Shown here one piece after another: positions 1 to 6,535 of a stretch of DNA of 9,018 bases (positions within the stretch are counted from its first letter, which is position 1; each line of letters starts with the position of its first letter). A model generated the notes under the pieces. The model saw nothing but the letters and a program-made list of their open reading frames with translations, did no database searches and was not told where the DNA came from. The stretch spans positions 1 through 9,018 of the forward strand of contig NW_021828119.1 in the NCBI RefSeq assembly GCF_006345805.1, written 5' to 3'. The position numbers and the translations under genes are program-made. This stretch comes from Octopus sinensis. Its lineage: Eukaryota.

Positions 1-2
1 AC

Positions 3-37
<35 letters not shown>

Positions 38-62
38 TATAATAATAATAATAATAATAATA
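1..62. repeat. (AAT)n microsatellite
   Basis: Near-perfect AAT repeats with one AAC interruption, read directly. Confidence 0.97.
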
Positions 63-440
63 GTGGCTGAAGATATGTGCATCTCTGATCACGAGCAGAA
101 GTAGTGGGGGAGCATCATAGCCATGTGTTGAGAGGGATTCTTTGGGGTTTGAATAGTTCACCTCTGGAAACATGGGTGGTTCTTTCAACATCCTTAAACA
201 ACCCTTATTCAGGGACCGTTTGAGCGGGATGGGCTACTCAACCTGAAGAAAATTCTAACTGGGCCCCACCTGCAAGGTCATGTGCTGTTTATCTTGATAT
301 GAGATCACCATGTCGCGCACATATGGTTGTGATGCATGTGCCTGGTGTACCTTTATCAGACGGGTAGTCATGATGGGTATATTGGGCTTCGTATATTTTA
401 CCCCAGTGTCACTTTGATGGCATGAACTGCTCTCTCACTC
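63..440. mobile_element. Unclassified interspersed repeat inserted in an (AAT)n tract
   Basis: Mixed-base, noticeably more GC-rich block with sharp edges and (AAT)n on both sides. No recognisable ORF. It resembles an abundant octopus repeat from memory, but the family is not identified. Confidence 0.5.
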
Positions 441-487
<47 letters not shown>

Positions 488-511
488 TAATAATAATAAT
501 AATAATAATAA

Positions 512-539
<28 letters not shown>
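441..539. repeat. (AAT)n microsatellite
   Basis: AAT repeats with two small interruptions. Confidence 0.97.
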
Positions 540-542
<3 letters not shown>

Positions 543-833
543 TCTGAAAACAGAAACAATTCCTATCAAATCTGAAAACAGAAACAATTCCTATCATAGT
601 AGGTACATTAGGCATGATAAAAAAATATTCAGACAAATACATAACAAAAACACCAGGACTTACAAACACATATAACATACAGAAAATTGCACTACTAGGC
701 ACTGCACACATCCTACGCAGAACACTTTCCATACAATAACCATCAGAGCATCACAACAAATCACAGCACGTACCCAAGGCACACAGAGCTGCGCTCGGTA
801 GTGAAGTGAAAGCACGCTATAAAAATAAAACTA

Positions 834-866
<33 letters not shown>
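540..866 (+). mobile_element. 5'-truncated R4/Dong-clade non-LTR retrotransposon (3' end of ORF, 3' UTR, (TAA)n tail)
   Basis: 569-739 translates to NLKTETIPIIVGTLGMIKKYSDKYITKTPGLTNTYNIQKIALLGTAHILRRTLSIQ*. It is followed by a ~97-nt 3' UTR and TAA repeats (837-866), and TAA repeats also lie upstream. The IPIIVGxLG and QKxALLGTAHILRR motifs match the C-terminus of the restriction-like endonuclease region of R4/Dong elements, and Dong elements are known to target (TAA)n. Confidence 0.8.
569..739 (+). pseudogene. C-terminal 56 aa of an R4/Dong-type retrotransposon ORF (restriction-like endonuclease tail)
   Basis: Open frame ending in TAA at 737-739, translated by hand. It is not in the ORF track and has no start codon at its 5' end (5'-truncated). 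Confidence 0.8.
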
Positions 867-965
867 CTCCTTTACTATAAGCATAAGGCTTTAAATCGCC
901 CCCAGTACTTCAGTGATACTTATTTCATCGACCACAAAACGATGAAAGGAGTCGACCACGGCGGC
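867..965 (-). mobile_element. Decayed SINE fragment (central and 3' part)
   Basis: The reverse complement TCGATGAAATAAGTATCACTGAAGTACTGGGGGCGATTT resembles CGATAGAATAAGTACT...GTCCCGGGGTCGATTT in the 3' half of the SINE at 3118-3589. It also carries a GGTCGAC..CCTTTCATC segment typical of this SINE group. Confidence 0.6.
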
Positions 966-1026
<61 letters not shown>

Positions 1027-1072
1027 TGATGATGATGATGATGATAATAATCATGATGATGATGATGATGAT
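966..1072. repeat. Compound (AAT)n/(GAT)n microsatellite
   Basis: AAT repeats to ~1022, then GAT repeats with a short AAT/CAT interruption. Confidence 0.95.
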
Positions 1073-1113
1073 AAGTAGAAAAGCACTCGGATAGCGCAGA
1101 CCTCCGCCAAGCC
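1073..1113 (-). mobile_element. Possible decayed Helitron-type 3' terminus
   Basis: The minus strand reads GGCTTGGCGGAGGTCTGCGCTATCCGAGTGCTTTTCTAC|T. This gives a GC-rich hairpin (GCGCT/AGTGC with a G-U pair) a few nt before CTAC|T, one change from the CTAG|T Helitron end. No matching 5' TC end was located. Confidence 0.35.
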
Positions 1114-1157
1114 AGCAGGAGCAGCACTACGACGACCACAACGACCACCACCACCAC

Positions 1158-1660
1158 CACCACCACAACTATCCTACCACTATCATCACCACCACAACCA
1201 CCACTCCCACCATATCACAATCACCACCACAACTATCCTACCACTATCATCACCACCACAACCACCACTCCCACCATATCACAATCACCACCACAACTAT
1301 CCTACCACTATCATCACCACCACAACCACCACTCCCACCATATCACAATCACCACCACAACTACCCTACCACTATCATCACCACCACAACCACCACTCCC
1401 ACCATATCACAATCACCACCACAACTATCCTACCACTATCATCACCACCACAACCACCACTCCCACCATATCACAATCACCACCACAACTACCCTACCAC
1501 TATCATCACCACCACAACCACCACTCCCACCATATCACAATCACCACCACAACTATCCTACCACTATCATCACCACCACAACCACCACAACCACCACTCC
1601 CACCATATCACAATCACCACCACAACTATCCTACCACTCTCATCACCACCACAACCACCA
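1158..1660. repeat. 64-bp minisatellite, about 7.7 copies, grown from (ACC)n
   Basis: Unit CACCACCACAACTATCCTACCACTATCATCACCACCACAACCACCACTCCCACCATATCACAAT. Copies start at 1158, 1222, 1286, 1350, 1414, 1478, 1542 (73 nt, extra 9-mer) and 1615 (partial). Confidence 0.95.
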
Positions 1661-1969
1661 ACATCATCAGCAACATTATCATTGCTTCCACTTCAACCAC
1701 ACACACCACTATCAACGTTATTATGACGGTTACCTTGACAGTCACTTTTGTGTGTCCCAAAAAAGTGTATACTCACTTTAGCAGTTGATAACTCAATTGA
1801 TGCTTTTTTTTTTCTTTCCGGATGAAACCCAGTGGAATTAATGATGGCAGATAGACTAAGCTTTTAATAAAGGGAATATATCCTAAAATGCTACTGAATG
1901 TGTGAAAACGCAGTTGAAGTACAAAGACAGTTTAGGAGGTAGTATCAAACAGATCCACCAACACGCAAA

Positions 1970-2363
1970 TCTACATATATATATATAAAGCTGAAGTTGC
2001 TGTGTATAGCAGGTTTGGTAGCCTTCAACTAACACTATCTCCTCCGAGACCCTGCGGTGCAAGTTGACCAAAATTGAGAGTATGATAGAAGATGGCTTGC
2101 TCTTCCTTCCGTAGAAGAAAAAATTCAAATCGGACGATGTTAACACCAGAAATTATTTACATGAAAAAGGTGCTTTTTTTCTATGAAAATCCCTATTTTT
2201 TACGATTTTTTTACTGCTGTCTTGCCATTTTTCGGTGTATTTCAACCAGAAAAATGTTCATTAAAGAGAATAACAAGCTACATAATGCAAAATTTTTACT
2301 TTTTAAAAATTCTAATTCTAAAGGGTCGAAACAAACCCGAGCAACGCCGGGCGATACTGCTAG
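1970..2363 (+). mobile_element. Complete non-autonomous Helitron (394 bp)
   Basis: Begins TC (1970-1971) right after A1969 and ends CTAG (2360-2363) right before T2364, with no TSD. A subterminal hairpin CCCGAGC-AAC-GCCGGG lies at 2336-2351. The transposase frame stops at 1969 and resumes at 2369. Confidence 0.9.
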
Positions 2364-3117
2364 TTAATGATAAATTTGAAGTGGAACTGTTCAGAATGTT
2401 CACAAGAAGCGTTCCGGAAGACCACGAACATCGACAACCCCTACAAACCAAGAAGGAGTGCTAGAAACATATCGCCAATGTACAAGAAAATCTATGCGGC
2501 AAGCGAGTCGTGAGATAGGTATATCAAAATCGTCTGTCCAACGCATTTTCAAGTGTTGTCAATGGAAACGTTACGTTCCAAGATTAGTCCATGCTACTAA
2601 TGATGATGATGATCCAGACCGAAGAGTGCAGTATTGCGAGTGGTACTTTGCACGATGTGCAGAAGATGCACACTTTCCAACAAAGATTGTGTGGAGTGAT
2701 GAGGCCTTATTCAAATCAAATGGCTCAATTAACAGGTAAAATTGCACCTACTGGGGACCTGGGAATTCGCATGTCCTGGTGGAACACCATGCTAATTTAT
2801 CAGGTGTTACAGTGTGGTGTGGCTTATCATCAAGAGGATTAATTGGACCATTCTTTTTTGACGCTATTGTGACTGGTCCCGTTTATTTGAACTTGCTGCA
2901 ACAGTCTGTCATGTCAAGCATTAGAGAAGACTTTGAAGATGGTGAGTTTTGCTTTCAGTAAGATGGGGCACCTCCACACTACCATCGTGATGTTAGATCC
3001 TTCCTTGATGAGATCTTGCTAATCAGGTGGATTGGACGAAGGGGTTTCAACAGACTTCACACCGCTAGACTTTTTTTATGGGGATACCTAAAAGACAAAG
3101 TCTACTCTATGAAACCT

Positions 3118-3279
3118 GCAGGAGTGGCTGTGTGGTAAGTAGCTTGTCTACCAACCATATGGTTCCGGGTTCAGTCCCATGGCGTGGCACCTTGGGCAAG
3201 TGTCTTCTATTATAGCCTCGAGCCGACCAAAGCCTTGTGAGTGGATTTGGTAGACGGAAACTGAAAGAAGCCCGTCGTA

Positions 3280-3313
<34 letters not shown>

Positions 3314-3331
3314 CGTGTGTGTGTGTGTGTG

Positions 3332-3392
<61 letters not shown>

Positions 3393-3589
3393 TGTGTCTG
3401 TGTTTGTCCCCCATTGCTTGACAAGCGATGCTGGTGTGTTTATGTCCCCGTTACTTAGCGGTTCGACAAAAAGAGACCGATAGAATAAGTACTGGGCTTA
3501 CAAAAGAATAAGTCCCGGGGTCGATTTGCTCGATTAAAGGCGGTGCTCCAGCATGGCCGCAGTCAAATGACTGAAACAAGTAAAAGAGA
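3118..3589 (+). mobile_element. tRNA-derived SINE with internal (TA)n/(TG)n microsatellite
   Basis: Pol III A-box-like TGGCTGTGTGG (3125-3135), B-box-like GGTTCAGTCC (3168-3177), internal TA/TG tract ~3278-3390 and 3' end GTAAAAGAGA. It interrupts the transposase between KPA and xDLRAA. GCA occurs at both junctions (3118-3120, 3590-3592), so the exact edges are ambiguous by 3 nt. Confidence 0.88.
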
Positions 3590-3852
3590 GCAGCTGATTT
3601 GAGAGCAGCCACTGAACGAGAATGCACACAGATGCCAAACGAATTGTTTCGAGATGTTTGCGATTCCATTATTTCGCATTGTCAGCAGTACCAGGGGCAG
3701 AACGGACGTCCGTCTAGGAACAAGAACAGCTGCGTACAAAACAATAAAATAATGTCTGTAGATTCTATAAAATTTTGAAAACCAAATGCATTTTAATAAA
3801 CACTAACTTTACAATTATCTAAAATGTGTATACATTTTTTGGGGACACCCTG

Positions 3853-3859
3853 TATATAT

Positions 3860-3890
<31 letters not shown>

Positions 3891-3926
3891 TGAGAGAGAG
3901 AGAGAGTGAGAGAGAGAGAGAGAGAG
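3853..3926. repeat. Compound (TA)n/(TG)n/(GA)n microsatellite starting at the transposon TA target
   Basis: Read directly. Confidence 0.95.
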
Positions 3927-4063
3927 TCGTTTTTTTATACATTTTTCACTTATATATATATATATAATTAATAATAAAAGGGTAAAATTAATTAATCAAT
4001 CAATTAGTTAATAATTTTACCAAGTAAATCGGTAGGTTAAAATAACCTTTATAAGTAAAATTA

Positions 4064-4306
4064 TACAAATATTCTATAATTATAAACATAATTATAATTA
4101 GGGGTCAGCTAATTGCTTCACCGCATCCCAAATTTAGAAATAGGAGTTAAAAATTCCTTTTCTAATACCGTAAGAATCTCCCAGGCAGTAACACACTTTT
4201 TTACGTAGACAAAAAGACAAATAATGACTCAACATGACTCAACATGACTTACGGTATAAGAAAAAGAATTTTTAACTCCTATTTCTATAATTATAGAATA
4301 TTTGTA
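4064..4306. repeat. Two-part inverted repeat (fold-back 1)
   Basis: 4064-4084 is the exact reverse complement of 4286-4306 (21/21). 4135-4174 matches the reverse complement of 4248-4287 at 38/40. The ~50 nt between the two blocks in the left arm is absent from the right arm. Confidence 0.9.
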
Positions 4307-4375
4307 TTTGATTCGCTAGCTTCTGCACGCAATTTTTTTCTCTCCTTGTTTCTTTCCGTGTTTCTTTTCTGTGTA

Positions 4376-4413
4376 TCTTTCTGTTGAAGAGCGTAGGCTC
4401 GAAACGTAAAAGA
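4376..4413 (+). ncRNA. Minimal type I hammerhead-ribozyme-like motif A (variant core)
   Basis: Helix I TCTTT(4376-80)/AAAGA(4409-13). Core CTGTTGA (4381-87, A6 replaced by U), then one extra A. Helix II GAGC-GTAG-GCTC. GAAA at 4401-04. Palindromic ACGT helix III. GUA triplet, with predicted cleavage after 4408. Confidence 0.6.
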
Positions 4414-4510
4414 CTTGTTTTATTTATATTCCTGAGCGCCATACTAATACAATTGTTTGTTTGTACCCCACCTGCCTTCGTCTTTTGTTTATTTTCATAA
4501 AGCTTCCCGT

Positions 4511-4557
4511 TATATATATATATTATATATATATATCATATATATATATATATTATA

Positions 4558-4590
<33 letters not shown>

Positions 4591-4601
4591 TAATATATAT
4601 A
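4511..4601. repeat. (TA)n microsatellite, imperfect
   Basis: Read directly. Confidence 0.95.
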
Positions 4602-5173
4602 TTACATTTTATAAAGGGCTTAGTAAAATAAATTACTTTGCCACATACTGAACTCATTAGAAATAGCAGCCCAAAAAAATTTTTTTAGCCAAATTCTAAT
4701 ACTTAAAGAAAATTTCTCTCAGATAGTGCTTACTCAATAAAATTATGGTGTTTGCTAGATTGGCCCACGTGGGTGGAAAGGGGAGGGCAGAAATTCTTCG
4801 CTTGCATATTTTGAATTTGTTGGCACTGTTAGTCTGAACGGATCTTCGGAGGTGAAAAGTCGCCAAAAGGGTATGCTCCTACTTTCAGTGTTTACAAATC
4901 CGAATTAAGGAATTTTGGGCTGACGAAAGAAATGTCGAATTGTATTTGGCTGATCTAGAAACGTACGTTCTCAAATAACCTTTGCATTTGTGATTTTTAA
5001 TGTTTTTACCCCCATACCTTCGTGGGCTATTTTGAGTAAGCACTATCTGAGAGAAATTTTCTTTAAGTATTAGAATTTGGCTAAAAAAATTTTTTTTTTT
5101 GGCTGCTATTTCTAATGAGTTCAGTATGTGGCAAAGTAATTTATTTTACTAAGCCCTTTATAAAATGTAATAT
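4599..5173. repeat. Long near-perfect inverted repeat, ~140-bp arms with a 294-bp spacer (fold-back 2)
   Basis: 4599-4737 equals the reverse complement of 5032-5173 except in one A/T homopolymer (CA7 versus A11). Confidence 0.96.
4907..4982 (+). ncRNA. Type I hammerhead ribozyme B (intact catalytic core)
   Basis: Helix I TTTGGG(4914-19)/CTCAAA(4970-75), extended past a 3x3 internal loop by AAGG/CCTT. Perfect CTGACGA at 4920-26. Helix II AGA/TCT plus GTCGAA/TTTGGC hairpin. GAAA at 4958-61. Helix III is the 8-nt palindrome ACGTACGT (4961-68). GUU triplet, with predicted cleavage after 4969. The first helix II pair is A-A rather than the usual G-C. Confidence 0.8.
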
Positions 5174-5265
5174 TTTGAATTCGCCTTAAATGGTCCCTTT
5201 ACATACTGAATACTTGGTGAAATTGATTAATAATTAATTAATTTTACCCTCAATGTTGAATTATG

Positions 5266-5267
5266 AT

Positions 5268-5303
<36 letters not shown>
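5266..5303. repeat. (TA)n microsatellite
   Basis: Read directly. Confidence 0.95.
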
Positions 5304-5422
5304 GTCATTATAAGGGGAAAAATTTTTTTTTTTTAATTTTCTAATATTCTTCAGACATATTGACGCAAATATATATATTTTTAACATTTAAGTCTTCTGT
5401 TGTTTTTTCACTCTTTACTATT

Positions 5423-5750
<328 letters not shown>

Positions 5751-6265
5751 CCCAACGGATGAAAAGATGCTATCACAACAGCTGAGCACCGGTTAAGCGC
5801 TCGGGAAGTAGAAAGTTCTTAATCATGGTAAAACTAATACCGCAGAACAATATTTCGCTCCGAGAACTGTGCAGCTCAGACGTGTAATTAAAAGATTAAA
5901 GACGGACAGACATGAATATATAGCGTGATATCATTTATATCATTTCACAAAACTAAATTAAAATTACTGAAGCAAAAATATATTCTTAGGTTTTTTTTTT
6001 TTACGTCGATAGAATTAAGACTTCAATCGTTTTTTGTTTTGTTTTGTTTTGTTTTTTGTAGTACGGAGAAACTTGAAGCAAATAAAGCTATAAATAATAG
6101 TGGGTAACTATTGAGTTAGAACACTCTTTAGGTAAAGAGAGTTGATGACTGCCCAAATCTCACCGTTCCAAAAATAATTATTTCACGATAAATTCTTATG
6201 ACGTCAACAGCATACAGTTTTTCCTGGTGTGGATAAGGTTTCTAAATGGATAGGAAATTTTCGAA

Positions 6266-6338
6266 GGATTACTTTACTCCAATGGTAGAATGTCTGACAT
6301 GTATACAGAGGATATGGGTTCGTGTCCCTCGAACAGCC
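6266..6338 (+). pseudogene. Decayed tRNA-like unit (Thr-TGT-like pseudogene or SINE head)
   Basis: 73 nt. D-loop-like CAATGGTAGA. Anticodon arm TCTGA-CATGTAT-ACAGA with TGT centred (6300-6302). GGGTTCGTGTCCC places GTTC at tRNA positions 53-56. The acceptor and T stems have several mismatches, so it is not a functional tRNA. Confidence 0.5.
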
Positions 6339-6535
6339 TTCGACTCTTTTTCTACACGAAGGGGTTTTTAATCTAACATTTTCATGCTGTTATTTATAGA
6401 TTTGTCTGCTTCAAGTTTCCCCGTGCCAAAAAATTTCCTATCCCAAGCTATTTTTTGCTGGTGTTTCAAAAATTCAACGGTTAATTGACGTAATAATGTG
6501 CATAATAGAAATGGGTATATATATATATATATATA

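Larger units (their letters stand above)
1841..3778 (+). pseudogene. Tc1/mariner transposase pseudogene, split by a Helitron and a SINE
   Basis: 1841-1969 MMADRLSF**REYILKCY*MCENAVEVQRQFRR*YQTDPPTRK (DUF4817-like HTH N-terminus). 2369-2380 DKFE. 2383-3045 [18 protein letters not shown]...[21 protein letters not shown]...WSDEALF...[17 protein letters not shown]...FQ*DGAPPHYHRDVRSFLDE..RWIGRRG. 3047-3120 STDFTPLDFF/WGYLKDKVYSMKPA. 3590-3778 AADLRAATERECTQMPNELFRDVCDSIISHCQQY..QNG... Catalytic D codons are at 2698, 2962 and 3068. There are six in-frame stops (1865, 1868, 1895, 1940, 2737, 2959) and frameshifts near 2381, 3046 and 3071-3077. ORF-track 2458..2739 and 2779..2961 are pieces of this frame. 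Confidence 0.93.
1752..3852 (+). mobile_element. Decayed Tc1/mariner DNA transposon, probably DD41D (rosa-like)
   Basis: Inverted termini: 1752-1781 matches the reverse complement of 3819-3848 at 26/30. The right end reads ...GGGGACACCCTG followed by TA (3853-3854), the Tc1/mariner target site. The outer ~4 nt and TA of the left TIR are not preserved. A transposase pseudogene lies inside. Confidence 0.9.

Noticed and set aside
163-270. GAAAC (167-171) and CTGAAGA (243-249) as a type II hammerhead
   Set aside because: Neither helix I nor helix II can be paired in the required register.
439-1166. ORFs 439..732 (-) and 891..1166 (-) with poly-Y, poly-H and poly-V runs
   Set aside because: They are translations of (AAT)n, (GAT)n and (ACC)n microsatellites. 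The real coding remnant in this area is on the + strand at 569-739.
1158-1660. 64-bp repeats as a CRISPR array or mucin-like coding repeat
   Set aside because: There are no unique spacers, the context is eukaryotic, and the period is not a multiple of three.
1883-2464. ORFs 1883..2146 (-), 2092..2367 (+) and 2183..2464 (+)
   Set aside because: They are chance frames across the AT-rich Helitron and the antisense transposase, with no recognisable domain. Only the DKFE in 2183..2464 is transposase-derived.
2591-2842. ORF 2591..2842 (+)
   Set aside because: It is an alternative frame overlapping the transposase pseudogene, with no motif of its own.
3107-3669. Five ORFs over the SINE with HT, YI and CV repeats
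   Set aside because: They are products of the SINE's internal (TA)n/(TG)n tract or antisense reading of the SINE and transposase tail.
4225-4241. Two AP-1-like TGACTCA sites
   Set aside because: They were created by the local 10-bp tandem duplication inside a repeat junction, and there is no nearby gene or other evidence of regulatory use.
5320-5360. Minus-strand CTGAAGA-ATATTA-GAAA
   Set aside because: No closing helix II pair and no helix I.
6165-6216. Possible fourth hammerhead on the minus strand (CTGTTGA, GAAA, palindrome ATAATTAT, AUU)
   Set aside because: No helix I pairing, helix II needs bulges, and the palindrome is pure A/T. It is plausible by chance, though worth rechecking against a family consensus.
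6266-6338. Functional tRNA-Thr(TGT) gene
   Set aside because: The acceptor stem pairs at only about 3 positions, the T stem at 3 of 5, and A58 is replaced by T.
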